A model generated the notes under the pieces. That model was not told the origin of the DNA, ran no database searches, and worked only from the letters and a program-made list of their open reading frames with translations. Below, piece after piece: positions 1-9,388 of a stretch of 54,660 nt of DNA. Position numbers and translations under genes: made by a program. The stretch lies in sequence record DRR378314_544; one strand, 5' to 3'. Numbering within the stretch: position 1 is the stretch's first letter; each line of letters starts with the position of its first letter.

Positions 1-367
1 CATCTCGCCGGAGAACATGCGGCGGAATTCGAGCTTCTCAAGCTCTTTATCGAGACCGGCCAAATCGGCTTCGATCTCCGCAACCGTGCCCTCGTCCTCT
101 TCCTCGTTCGCAATTTCGAGCAGCCCCTCGGCGTCTTCAAGGCCGGAGGTGAGGTTGTCGATGGTGCGGACAATCAATTCAAGATCGGACCGTTCCTTGC
201 CCAGTGCCTGCGCCCGCTCGGGATCTTCCCATACGGAGGGCACTTCCAGCTCACGTTCGACTTCGGTCAGTCTTTCACTACGCTGATCGTAGTCAAAGAT
301 ACCCCCTGAGCGCTTCAGTGCGCTCACGAAGGTCTTTTATCTTCGTAACAATGGGATTAATTTCCAT
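1..367 (-). CDS. prfB: Peptide chain release factor 2, 5' part (runs off the window), programmed +1 frameshift
   Basis: ATG at 367 reads [24 protein letters not shown], then TGA at 295-293. The +1 frame continues [35 protein letters not shown], typical of RF2. Missing from the ORF track because of the frameshift. Confidence 0.97.
292..307 (-). promoter_or_regulatory. prfB +1 ribosomal frameshift cassette (internal SD plus CTT TGA C)
   Basis: Minus strand reads AGGGGG-TAT-CTT-TGA-C, the canonical RF2 autoregulatory signal. Confidence 0.97.
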
Positions 368-497
368 GAAACCCTTACTCGTTCTCGGAAAATGGATACG
401 ATCAAAATCAGACGCGAGATTCTACCGGAAATCTGTTTTTAAATCAGCCGGTGGTAAACGCTACCTCGGTACTCTCGCCCATCTGTTTCCAGTGCAA

Positions 498-604
498 GCA
501 CCAATCGGGCAGCCCCTTCCGGGATACGCTGTAAATACATCCCTGTAAGCTCGACAAAACATCCATGTTTTTAACGATCCCGGAAGGGGCTGCCCGATCG
601 GCGC
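498..604. repeat. Palindromic extragenic element with perfect 22-bp inverted arms and two inner mini-hairpins (REP/MITE-like)
   Basis: ATCGGGCAGCCCCTTCCGGGAT (504-525) is the exact reverse complement of 577-598. The interior has TACA-TCCC-TGTA and AAAACA-TCCA-TGTTTT. Confidence 0.8.
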
Positions 605-668
605 CCAAAGCTGGGAGTTACCGCCAGCAATAGAGGTTGAATTAAGGTGCTATCTCTAGCGTTCGATC

Positions 669-760
669 GGCATGGGGGTGGGTACGCTTTTCTGCCGGGA
701 AAAGGTGTCCGAGCGAAGCGAGTTCTTTTCCCAGAAGAAAAGCGTACCCACCCCTGTGCC
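669..760. repeat. Second long palindromic element: 36-bp imperfect arms with a 20-nt loop
   Basis: 669-704 and 725-760 are complementary at 32 of 36 positions. Loop is GTGTCCGAGCGAAGCGAGTT. Confidence 0.8.
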
Positions 761-787
761 AGACTCCATACTCCCAGACCTCCAGAC

Positions 788-2521
788 TCAGACCAGCGGC
801 TCCAGATAATCCACCAGAAGCTGCAAATTGGTACGCCCACGAAACGTATTCGCATCGGGCTTGTAAACCACACGCGCACCAGTCCTGGTGTAGTCAGGCA
901 CTTCCGGCCCGGTATTGAAGGCAATGCCATCGATAATCGCGCCACCCTCTTCCGGCTGAAGCACCAGCTTCAGATGGTTCTCGCCCACGATGCGCTGACT
1001 GACCACACGGAAGTTGCCGTCGAACAGTGGCTCTGGAAAATGCTGGCCCCAGGGGCCGGCCCGTTTCAGCAGGGTCGCGGTTTCAAGGTGGAGTTCGTCG
1101 GGGCTCAAGGGGCCATCGGTGGTGATGGCGGCTTCCAGGTCCTCGGCACGGAGGGTATCGCGTACCGCCTTGTCGAAGGCATCACTGAACGCATCCAGGT
1201 CGCTGCGGGCCAGGGTCATGCCGGCTGCCATAGCGTGGCCGCCGAATTTCTTCATCATGCCTGGATGGCGGGCGTCGACCACCGCCAGTGCATCACGAAT
1301 ATGCAGGCCAGGAATGGAACGAGCGGAACCCTTGATGTCCTCGCCATTGTCGTCGGGAGCGAAAGCAATCGTCGGGCGGTGGGTCTGTTCGCGTATGCGG
1401 GCCGCCAGTATGCCAATAACACCCTGGTGCCAGTCGGTGTCAAACAGGGCCAGGCCCCAGGGTAAGCCTTCAATATCCAGCGACATGGAGGCCAGAAGGT
1501 CCTGCGCCTGGGTTTTCATGTCTTTTTCGATCGTGCGTCGTTCGCGGTTGAAAGTGTCCAGTTCGCGAGCCAGGCGCTGGGCCTCGTCAGGGCTGTCCGC
1601 CAGCAGGCAGGCAATGCCCACGCTCATATCGTCCAGGCGGCCGGCGGCGTTCAGCCTCGGGCCCACCACGAAACCGAGGTCGGTGGAGCTGATTTCGCTG
1701 TGGTCCCGGCCAGCCACTTCCAGTAACGCCAAGATGCCGGGGCGGGCTTCGCCCTGACGGATTCGACGCAGGCCCTGCTCCACGAAGATACGGTTGTTAT
1801 GGTCCAGTGGAACCACGTCTGCGACGGTTCCGAGCGCCACCAGATCCAGGAGATGACCAAGATTTGGCTGTGGATCGGGTAGCAAACCCTGTTCCCGGAG
1901 GTGCTTACGCAGGGCCGTCAGCACGTAGAACATCACACCCACTCCCGCCGCGTTCTTGCTCAGGAAGGGGCAGCCGGGCTGATTGGGATTCACAATGGCG
2001 TCCGCGTCAGGCAAGGTTTCGCCAGCCAGGTGATGATCGGTCACAACCACCCTGATGCCCAAGTCCCGGGCTGCGCGAACCCCTTCTACAGCAGAAATAC
2101 CGTTATCGACGGTCACCAACAGGTCCGGCAGCGAACCCTCGTCTTGCAGCCGATGGATAATGCCGGGCGTCAAACCATAACCGTCGGAGAACCGGCTGGG
2201 TACCCGAAAGTCGATATCGTTCAGCCCCAGCATCCCCAGGCCCAGCATGGCGACAGCCGTGCTGGTGGCGCCGTCGGCATCGAAGTCCCCCAGTACCAGC
2301 ACCCGCTGCTGGCGGGTAATTGCCTCCGCCAGGAGAGCAACGGCACGGTCGACTCCCCTCAGATCCATGGGGGACGCCAGCTGTTTCAGTGTGTAGCTGA
2401 GTTGGTCATCAGACGTCACGCCACGGGCGGCGTATAGACGGCGAAGCAGTGGGGGCAGGTTCTGGCCCCAGTCCGGAGCGGTCTCCGGACTGGGGCGACG
2501 CAGTATCTTTTTGGGTGTCAT
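788..2521 (-). CDS. recJ: Single-stranded DNA exonuclease RecJ
   Basis: DHH-family motifs GDFDADG, TVDNG, TDHH, GTVAD and DHHA1 motif GGHAMAAG; 577 aa. Confidence 0.97.
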   Translation of the reverse strand: MTPKKILRRPSPETAPDWGQNLPPLLRRLYAARGVTSDDQLSYTLKQLASPMDLRGVDRAVALLAEAITRQQRVLVLGDFDADGATSTAVAMLGLGMLGLNDIDFRVPSRFSDGYGLTPGIIHRLQDEGSLPDLLVTVDNGISAVEGVRAARDLGIRVVVTDHHLAGETLPDADAIVNPNQPGCPFLSKNAAGVGVMFYVLTALRKHLREQGLLPDPQPNLGHLLDLVALGTVADVVPLDHNNRIFVEQGLRRIRQGEARPGILALLEVAGRDHSEISSTDLGFVVGPRLNAAGRLDDMSVGIACLLADSPDEAQRLARELDTFNRERRTIEKDMKTQAQDLLASMSLDIEGLPWGLALFDTDWHQGVIGILAARIREQTHRPTIAFAPDDNGEDIKGSARSIPGLHIRDALAVVDARHPGMMKKFGGHAMAAGMTLARSDLDAFSDAFDKAVRDTLRAEDLEAAITTDGPLSPDELHLETATLLKRAGPWGQHFPEPLFDGNFRVVSQRIVGENHLKLVLQPEEGGAIIDGIAFNTGPEVPDYTRTGARVVYKPDANTFRGRTNLQLLVDYLEPLV

Positions 2522-2526
2522 ACCGC

Positions 2527-3930
2527 TCAGGTATTTTTCCAGTGCTTGGCGATAAAGTCCTGCACGGCGGGCAGGTCATTATCCAGCACGGTGTATTGCT
2601 CTTCCCGCTCGAACAGGTCCGACATGTGCACTGGCAGGGACGGCTCTGCCTTGACACCTGAGCGCAACACGGCATCCGGGAACTTGGCCGGATGCGCGGT
2701 CCCCAGGGTAATCATCGGTACGGCCGGGTCACGACGACAGTTGCGGGCCGCACGCACGCCAATGGCAGTGTGGGGATCGAGCAGGTACTCGTTCTGATCA
2801 AACACGTCACGAATGGTGTCCGTGGTGCCTTGATCGTCCACGGCGTCACTGTCAAACAGTTTGCGGGCGTGCTTCCAGCGGTATTCCTCGATGCTGACAG
2901 GGCCTTTGCTGGCATTCTCCAGCAGATCCTTTACCGCAGCTCCGTCGCGTCCATGCAGATCAAACAACAGGCGTTCGAAATTGCTGGACACCATGATGTC
3001 CATGCTCGGCGACAGGGTATGCTCAAGCTGAAGCTGCTCGTAGCGATTACCGCTCATAAAGCGATGCAGGATATCGTTACGGTTGGTGGCGATCACCAAC
3101 TGGGAGATCGGCAGCCCCATTTTCTTTGCCAGGTAGCCAGCAAAGATGTCGCCAAAGTTGCCCGTGGGCACCGAGAACGCCATGCTGCGATCCGGGCCGC
3201 CGAGCGCCAGGGACGCATGAAAGTAGTAAACAATCTGGGCCATGATGCGGGCCCAGTTAATGGAATTCACCGCCGCAAGCTGTGTTTGACCGCCGAGGAA
3301 CGACTGGTCACCAAAGCTCGCCTTGACCATGCGCTGGCAGTCGTCAAAGTTGCCGCGCACCGCGATGTTGTGGATGTTGTCGCCCTTCACGGTGGTCATC
3401 TGGCGACGCTGCACCTCCGACACCCGCTCATGGGGATGCAGGATGAAGATGTCCACGTGTTCGCACCGGCGGCACCCCTCGATGGCGGCGGAGCCGGTAT
3501 CACCGGACGTAGCCCCCATGATCACCACATGCTGTTTGCGTTTCTCCAGCACATAATCCAACAGGCGCCCCAACAGTTGCAGGGCAAAGTCCTTGAACGC
3601 CAGGGTGGGGCCGCGGAACAGTTCCATGACCCATTCGTTGGTGTCCAATTGAACCAGTGGTGCCACCGCTTTATGGGCAAATACGTCGCCGTAGGTGTCG
3701 TCCAGCATCCTGCGGAAATCCTCCGCCGGAATCGCATCGTCGACAAACGGGTGCATCACCTTGAAGGCGAGCTCGCTGTAGGAAAGCCCTCGCCAGCCAC
3801 GGATTTCCTCCAGGCTGAAATGGGGCAACGATTCCGGGACATACAGGCCACCGTCGGTGGCCAGGCCCGTTAGCAGGACATCCTCAAAGCCCAGGGCGGG
3901 AGCGTCGCCCCGTGTACTGATGTATCTCAC
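2527..3930 (-). CDS. thrC: Threonine synthase
   Basis: MRYISTRG start, GPTLAFKD (PLP lysine), ATSGDTG, VPTGNFG, TAHPAKF. GTG start. Confidence 0.97.
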   Translation of the reverse strand: MRYISTRGDAPALGFEDVLLTGLATDGGLYVPESLPHFSLEEIRGWRGLSYSELAFKVMHPFVDDAIPAEDFRRMLDDTYGDVFAHKAVAPLVQLDTNEWVMELFRGPTLAFKDFALQLLGRLLDYVLEKRKQHVVIMGATSGDTGSAAIEGCRRCEHVDIFILHPHERVSEVQRRQMTTVKGDNIHNIAVRGNFDDCQRMVKASFGDQSFLGGQTQLAAVNSINWARIMAQIVYYFHASLALGGPDRSMAFSVPTGNFGDIFAGYLAKKMGLPISQLVIATNRNDILHRFMSGNRYEQLQLEHTLSPSMDIMVSSNFERLLFDLHGRDGAAVKDLLENASKGPVSIEEYRWKHARKLFDSDAVDDQGTTDTIRDVFDQNEYLLDPHTAIGVRAARNCRRDPAVPMITLGTAHPAKFPDAVLRSGVKAEPSLPVHMSDLFEREEQYTVLDNDLPAVQDFIAKHWKNT

Positions 3931-3942
3931 CTTGCGTTCCTG

Positions 3943-5244
3943 TCAGTTAAAGTTTTCGGCGCGGATACGGACAACTTTTCCGTCGATATCGCTCAGGGCT
4001 TCCAGCTCTTCAATGGCGCGGTTGATCTGTCGCTCCTGAACCGTATGGGTCAGGATGATCACCGGGATGCGGCCATCTTTCAGCTCCGATTCCTTCTGCA
4101 TAATGGACTCGATGTTGATGCCGTGCTCACTGAGGATAGAGGCGACTTTGGCCAGCACGCCAGGGCGGTCCAGAGCCTGTATGCGCAGGTAATAGGCGGA
4201 CTGGACATCCTCCATCGACAGCACTGGCAAGTCTTCCATTGCCGCGGGCTCGAAACCGAGGTAAGGAACCCGCTGGTTGCTCTTGGCGGCCACGGAACGG
4301 GCAGCATCGATGATATCGGCGATGACTGCCGATGCCGTGGCTTCGTCACCGGCGCCCGGGCCGTAATACATGGTCTGGCCAACGGCATCGCCGTCCACCA
4401 GGACTGCGTTCAACACGCCATCAACCTGTGCAATGAGATGGCTACGGGGAACCAGCGTGGGGTGCACCCGCAACTCGATGCCTTCATCACGACGACGTGC
4501 AATCCCCAGGTGCTTGATGCGATAACCCAGAATTTCCGCGTGAGCGATGTCGTAGGGCGTAATGTCGGAAATCCCCTCGGTATAGGCTTTCTCAAACTGC
4601 AGCGGCACGCCAAAGCCTGCCGAGGCAAGGATCGTCAGCTTGTGGGCGGCATCAATGCCTTCCACGTCGAAGGTCGGGTCTGCCTCGGCATACCCCAGGT
4701 CCTGAGCTTCTTTCAGCACTTCTGCGAACTCGCGACCGGCACGCATTTCGGTGAGAATGTAGTTACCGGTTCCGTTGATGATGCCGGCGATCCAGTCGAC
4801 CCGGTTTGCCGCCATGCCTTCGCGAATGGCCTTGATGACGGGAATGCCACCTGCCACACCCGCCTCATAGGAAACGATCACATTCTGTTTGGCCGCCGCT
4901 TCAAAGATTTCATTACCGTGAACCGCGATCAACGCCTTGTTGGCGGTAACCACGTGCTTGCCGTTCCTGATAGCCGCCAGCACCAGTTCCCTTGCGGTCT
5001 CATACCCACCAATCAGTTCCACCACAACATCCACAGACGGGTCGTTCACCACGTCAAAAATGTCGGTACTGAACGGGATATCCCCAAGATCAAACTCGTT
5101 GCGCGGGGTGCGTGTCGCCACCCGGGCAATTCGGAGATTGAAACCTGTCCGGCCCGTGATCAGGCTGGCATTCCGGGTCAGTACGTTGAACGTACCACCA
5201 CCGACTGTTCCCAGTCCGCAGATTCCGACATTGACGTCTTTCAA
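3943..5244 (-). CDS. hom: Homoserine dehydrogenase with C-terminal ACT domain
   Basis: GLGTVG Rossmann motif, VVTANK, NGTGNYIL, GYAEADP, ACT motif DRPGVLA. Lies upstream of thrC. Confidence 0.96.
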   Translation of the reverse strand: MKDVNVGICGLGTVGGGTFNVLTRNASLITGRTGFNLRIARVATRTPRNEFDLGDIPFSTDIFDVVNDPSVDVVVELIGGYETARELVLAAIRNGKHVVTANKALIAVHGNEIFEAAAKQNVIVSYEAGVAGGIPVIKAIREGMAANRVDWIAGIINGTGNYILTEMRAGREFAEVLKEAQDLGYAEADPTFDVEGIDAAHKLTILASAGFGVPLQFEKAYTEGISDITPYDIAHAEILGYRIKHLGIARRRDEGIELRVHPTLVPRSHLIAQVDGVLNAVLVDGDAVGQTMYYGPGAGDEATASAVIADIIDAARSVAAKSNQRVPYLGFEPAAMEDLPVLSMEDVQSAYYLRIQALDRPGVLAKVASILSEHGINIESIMQKESELKDGRIPVIILTHTVQERQINRAIEELEALSDIDGKVVRIRAENFN

Positions 5245-5356
5245 GCTTTCACCTCTGTTCCCGATGGGTTGCTGTGGGGAGCGATAGTATAACGGTTAAC
5301 GGGCGCCCGAATAAGCCCCGCCTGACGAACAGGCAAAGGCGGCAGTCCGTAGCCTA

Positions 5357-6100
5357 TCAGAGCAGACCCAGGCCTTCAGCCAGTTTTTCGGACGGCACGT
5401 AACCACGCACCATATTACCGTCTTCCAGTACAATCGCCGGGGTGCCTGTCACACCAACGCGACTGCCCAGCTCAAACTGTTCTCTGACCGGGTTCTCGCA
5501 GCTCTGGTCATCTACGGGCCGCCCCTGTTTGGCGGCATTCATGGCAGCCTGCTGGTCATCGGAACACCAGACGGAAATGTACTTGCGAAAAGAAGGGGTA
5601 TTGGGACCGGAACGGGGAAAGCCGTAGTAATTGACGGTAATGCCCAGTTCGTTGAGGCGCGGCACCTCGTCGTGCAGCTTGCGACAGTACGGGCAATCGA
5701 TATCGGTAAACACCGCAATGGACGCCTTCTCGGCACCCTTGGCCGGGAAACTGATCAGCCCCTTGTCGCCGAAGTCATCGAGGGTTTGGGCTCGCTGGGA
5801 CGCCCTGCCCTGTTCTGAGATATTGGCAATGCCGCTATCGGTCACCTTTAGCATGTCGCCGGTCAGGAGATACTGACCATCCGCCGTGGTGAAAATGGTG
5901 TCGCCGTTATTACTGTACACCTCGTACAGACCCTCTGCTTCGGATTCACGGACCTCGGAAATTTTCAGCCCCGGAATCGCCGCGGTGAGTTTGTCGGCAA
6001 TGGCGTCCTCAACCTCGCCCGCATAGGCGCCTTGCACACCAAACGCCACAATGGCGAGCATCAGCGGCAGACAGGGTTTGAACAGGTTCTTGATCAGCAT
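5357..6100 (-). CDS. dsbC: Thiol:disulfide isomerase DsbC
   Basis: Signal peptide, FTDIDCPYC active site, GTPA cis-Pro loop, xerD-dsbC synteny. Confidence 0.92.
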   Translation of the reverse strand: MLIKNLFKPCLPLMLAIVAFGVQGAYAGEVEDAIADKLTAAIPGLKISEVRESEAEGLYEVYSNNGDTIFTTADGQYLLTGDMLKVTDSGIANISEQGRASQRAQTLDDFGDKGLISFPAKGAEKASIAVFTDIDCPYCRKLHDEVPRLNELGITVNYYGFPRSGPNTPSFRKYISVWCSDDQQAAMNAAKQGRPVDDQSCENPVREQFELGSRVGVTGTPAIVLEDGNMVRGYVPSEKLAEGLGLL

Positions 6101-6242
6101 ATTGGTTTCCAGTTTCCAGAATCACGAAGTTATGTAGCCATTCAGACGGCGAATTCCGCCGAGTTTATGCGACACCGCTGCCCGCAAAAAGTTCAGTGTA
6201 GCAAGCGGCACCGCCGCCGACTAACCCGTCACATCATCCGCC

Positions 6243-7175
6243 CTAACCCCGTGGGTGATGGGCCTGGTGCAGCGACTGCAAACGCTGACGCGCCACGTGG
6301 GTATAGATCTGGGTTGTTGAAAGATCCGAATGCCCAAGCAGCATCTGGACTACCCGTAAGTCCGCACCGTGATTCAACAGATGAGTCGCAAAGGCATGCC
6401 GAAGCGTATGGGGTGAAAGGTGTTTATGTATTCCGGCCCTGAGGGCGTAGTGCTTGATACGGTACCAGAAGGTCTGCCGAGTCATCGCAACCGGACGATT
6501 GCCGGGAAACAGGGCGTTGCTCGCCCGCCCCTTGAGAAGCTCTCCCCGACCTTCCCTCATGTAACGCACCAGCCAATCAACGGCTTCCTCACCAAGAGGA
6601 ACCAGCCGCTCCTTGTTGCCCTTGCCAACAATTCTGATTACACCCTGGCGCAGGTTGACTTCATCAACGGTCAACGCCACCAGCTCCGAAACCCGCAAAC
6701 CACAACCGTACAGAATCTCCATCATCGCCTTGTCGCGAAGCTCGATCGGCACCTCGGGGTCAGGTTCTATCAACAAATTCTCCACGTCCTCCTCAGAGAG
6801 GGAGTCTGGCAACCGCGGCGGAAGGCGGGGACTGTCTATTCGCAGCGTGGGATCTTCAGCGATCACGCCTTCTCGCAGAAGGTAGCGAAAAAAACGGCGC
6901 AAACCAGAAAGGCGACGGGCAGCTGTGGAGGTCTTGAAGCCATCGGCCAGCCCACGGGATATCCAGGCCAGCAAATCGGTACGACGCACCTCTTTCAGCA
7001 GGGGCCTGCCCGGCTGCTCCTGCAACCAGGCCGCCAACCGCTCGAGGTCACTCCGGTAGGCTTGTCGCGTTTTTTCACCAAGACCATCTTCGAGCCAGAC
7101 GGCATCGGTGAAACGTACGATAATGGCTTCGTCCTGGGGCCGAAGCTCAACTCTGGATTCGGGTTTGCGGGGCAT
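6243..7175 (-). CDS. xerD: Tyrosine recombinase XerD
   Basis: GLRVSEL, GKGNKER, HTLRHAFATH, LLGHSDLSTTQIYTHV. Chromosomal context. Confidence 0.96.
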   Translation of the reverse strand: MPRKPESRVELRPQDEAIIVRFTDAVWLEDGLGEKTRQAYRSDLERLAAWLQEQPGRPLLKEVRRTDLLAWISRGLADGFKTSTAARRLSGLRRFFRYLLREGVIAEDPTLRIDSPRLPPRLPDSLSEEDVENLLIEPDPEVPIELRDKAMMEILYGCGLRVSELVALTVDEVNLRQGVIRIVGKGNKERLVPLGEEAVDWLVRYMREGRGELLKGRASNALFPGNRPVAMTRQTFWYRIKHYALRAGIHKHLSPHTLRHAFATHLLNHGADLRVVQMLLGHSDLSTTQIYTHVARQRLQSLHQAHHPRG

Positions 7176-7226
7176 GACGTCCTACTCGAAACGAAACAGA
7201 CAAGGACAGTTCCAGTAACCGGACAC

Positions 7227-7255
7227 GAAAAAGGCAGCCGAGGGCTGCCTTTTTC
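7227..7255. terminator. Intrinsic terminator after rplS (symmetric, could act in both directions)
   Basis: GAAAAAGGCAGCC-GAG-GGCTGCCTTTTTC, 30 nt downstream of the rplS stop. Confidence 0.85.
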
Positions 7256-7284
7256 TGCGAACTGTAACCAGCAACCCGTGCTGA

Positions 7285-7641
7285 TCAGCCCAACTTTTCC
7301 TTGATACGAGCCGCCTTGCCAGACAGGTCGCGCAGGTAGTACAGCTTAGCCTGGCGAACGTCACCACGACGCTTCACGCTGATGCTGTCGATCAGCTTGG
7401 AGAAGGTCTGGAAGGTACGCTCTACACCAACACCGTAAGAAACTTTCCGCACGGTGAAGGAAGAGTTCATGCCACGGTTGCGCTTGCCAATCACAACGCC
7501 TTCGAACGCCTGCAGACGCTCACGGTTGCCCTCGGTAACGCGAACCTGGATAACCACGGTATCACCCGGCGCAAAGGCAGGGATTTCCTTGGTCATCTGC
7601 TCTGATTCAATCTGACTGATGATGTTGTTCTTGCCGCTCAT
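7285..7641 (-). CDS. rplS: 50S ribosomal protein L19
   Basis: [32 protein letters not shown]. Confidence 0.98.
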   Translation of the reverse strand: MSGKNNIISQIESEQMTKEIPAFAPGDTVVIQVRVTEGNRERLQAFEGVVIGKRNRGMNSSFTVRKVSYGVGVERTFQTFSKLIDSISVKRRGDVRQAKLYYLRDLSGKAARIKEKLG

Positions 7642-7667
7642 CGTATGTGCTCCTGATACCCAATCTT

Positions 7668-8426
7668 TTAATGCCCTGATGATTCAGAGGCACCCGGTTC
7701 GTTCAAAATCTCTTCCAGCAGCTCACGCTCTTCGTCCGTAAACACCCGCTTTTCCAGCAGGTCGGGGCGTCGCTCCCGGGTTCGCCTCAACGACTGTTTC
7801 AGCCGCCAACGCCGGATCTGATCATGGTGACCGCCTAACAAAACATCCGGCACAGCCTGACCTTCGTAAACCTCCGGCCGGGTGTAGTGCGGACAATCCA
7901 GCAAATCGTCAGCAAAGGAATCCTGCTCTGCCGACTGCGCATGACCCAGCGCTCCGGGGATGAGGCGTGTAACCGCATCAATGACAGCCATGGCCGCCAA
8001 CTCGCCACCGGAAAGCACGAAATCTCCCAGTGACACCTCCCGATCGACTTCCGCCGATATCAGGCGCTCATCAACACCCTCATACCGCCCTGCGACGAGA
8101 ATCAGATTCTCTTCTGCCGCCAGCGACTCAACCACGCCCTGATTCATCGGCTCCCCCTGGGGAGACAGATAAACCACGCAGGCGCGTCCGGGTGCAGACT
8201 CCCTAGCCGCATGAATGGCATCCCGCAACGGCTGAATTTTCATCAGCATGCCCGGGCCACCACCGTAAGGACGGTCGTCTACCGTGCGATGACGATCATG
8301 GGTGTATTCCCTGGGGTTCCAGGCCGTGAACGTCAACAGACCATCACGAACCGCTCTACCGGTAATCCCGTAATCCGTCACCGCAGCGTACATTTCCGGG
8401 AACAGACTGACTGCGCCAATCCACAC
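7668..8426 (-). CDS. trmD: tRNA (guanine37-N1)-methyltransferase
   Basis: [35 protein letters not shown]. Confidence 0.98.
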   Translation of the reverse strand: MWIGAVSLFPEMYAAVTDYGITGRAVRDGLLTFTAWNPREYTHDRHRTVDDRPYGGGPGMLMKIQPLRDAIHAARESAPGRACVVYLSPQGEPMNQGVVESLAAEENLILVAGRYEGVDERLISAEVDREVSLGDFVLSGGELAAMAVIDAVTRLIPGALGHAQSAEQDSFADDLLDCPHYTRPEVYEGQAVPDVLLGGHHDQIRRWRLKQSLRRTRERRPDLLEKRVFTDEERELLEEILNEPGASESSGH

Positions 8427-8429
8427 CCG

Positions 8430-8957
8430 TCAGAACTCCGGATCCCAGTCGGCCACCAAACGCGAACCGGCCAGATCCACACTCCGAATCACTTGGTCCG
8501 GGAGATAAGGAATCAGCCGCTCACGCTGGTCAATGGAAGCGTCGGTTGCCCGCACCACCAGGACGTCGTTGGAGCCTGTTTCTATCAGATGATGCACCTT
8601 ACCCAGGCACTCATCCTCTGTCGTGAAAACGTCGAGTCCTTCCAGTTGGTGCCAGTAATACTCCCCTTCGGGAAGCGCTGGCAATTCCTCGGTAGACACA
8701 ATAACGTCGGCACCGCAGTAACTGCGGGCCACTTCACGATCATCAATACCTTTAAGCCTGACGACGATCCCCTGGCCTTGCCGGCGACCCTCTTCAAGCT
8801 TGGCCGGGATACGCTTGCCGTTGTGGACCAAGGTCCAGTCCCGGTAGTTCAGTATTCCGTCCCTGGGGTCTGTGTAGGAATAGACCTTGAGCCACCCCTT
8901 AACCCCAAACACCGAGGTAATCTGACCAATCACAGTTTCCTGCGAATGTTGAGCCAT
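8430..8957 (-). CDS. rimM: Ribosome maturation factor RimM
   Basis: FGVKGWLKV, EYYWHQLEG, TGSNDVL, C-terminal DWDPEF; position in the operon. Confidence 0.97.
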   Translation of the reverse strand: MAQHSQETVIGQITSVFGVKGWLKVYSYTDPRDGILNYRDWTLVHNGKRIPAKLEEGRRQGQGIVVRLKGIDDREVARSYCGADVIVSTEELPALPEGEYYWHQLEGLDVFTTEDECLGKVHHLIETGSNDVLVVRATDASIDQRERLIPYLPDQVIRSVDLAGSRLVADWDPEF

Positions 8958-8989
8958 ACCCTAACCCCGGTGGTGAAACGTTCTTTCAA

Positions 8990-9235
8990 TTACTCTGCAG
9001 CAGCGCCTTTCAGCAACTGTGCAACGCGCTCGCTGGTCTGGGCGCCTTGACCCAGCCAATGATCGATACGATCACGATCGATACGCAGACGCTCTTCCTG
9101 GCCACGGGCGACCGGGTTGAAGAAACCGACGCGCTCGATGAAACGACCGTCGCGGGATTTGCGGCTGTCTGTCACTGTCAGATGGTAGAACGGGCGCTTC
9201 TTGGAGCCGCCACGAGCCAAACGGATTATTACCAT
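8990..9235 (-). CDS. rpsP: 30S ribosomal protein S16
   Basis: [17 protein letters not shown]...[14 protein letters not shown]. Start moved to ATG 9235; the ORF track start is too far upstream. Confidence 0.97.
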   Translation of the reverse strand: MVIIRLARGGSKKRPFYHLTVTDSRKSRDGRFIERVGFFNPVARGQEERLRIDRDRIDHWLGQGAQTSERVAQLLKGAAAE

Positions 9236-9388
9236 TTCGACCAATATCCTGTTCTGTTGTACGAACTTTGTACGATTCACACCCGCCAAGCTTCAGAAAT
9301 CACTGGCTGGCGCGAAGACCCATACTCGAAAGGGGCGCTATTCTATGCTAAATGAACGCCAAAGAAAACAGGGAAAACATCCCGGTTT

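Noticed and set aside
498-760. Palindromes read as a CRISPR array or an IS end pair
   Set aside because: No direct repeats with spacers, no cas or transposase gene, and no clear target-site duplication.
759-795. Short CCAGAC / GGAG repeats after the recJ stop as possible CsrA sites or tandem repeat
   Set aside because: Too short and irregular, not in hairpin loops and not near a start codon.
647-5292. Long plus-strand ORFs (647-1465, 2692-3873, 4045-5292) and similar ones elsewhere (6420-7304, 20890-21735, 22445-23257, 50245-51123)
   Set aside because: They are antisense shadows of clearly identified genes, expected from GC-rich codon bias, and carry no recognisable motifs.
6243-7175. Tyrosine recombinase as a phage or island integrase
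   Set aside because: Sequence and the rplS-xerD-dsbC context identify it as housekeeping XerD. No att site or cargo genes.
8990-9289. N-terminally extended S16 (99 aa in the ORF track)
   Set aside because: S16 homology starts at ATG 9235; the extension is an upstream alternative-start artefact.
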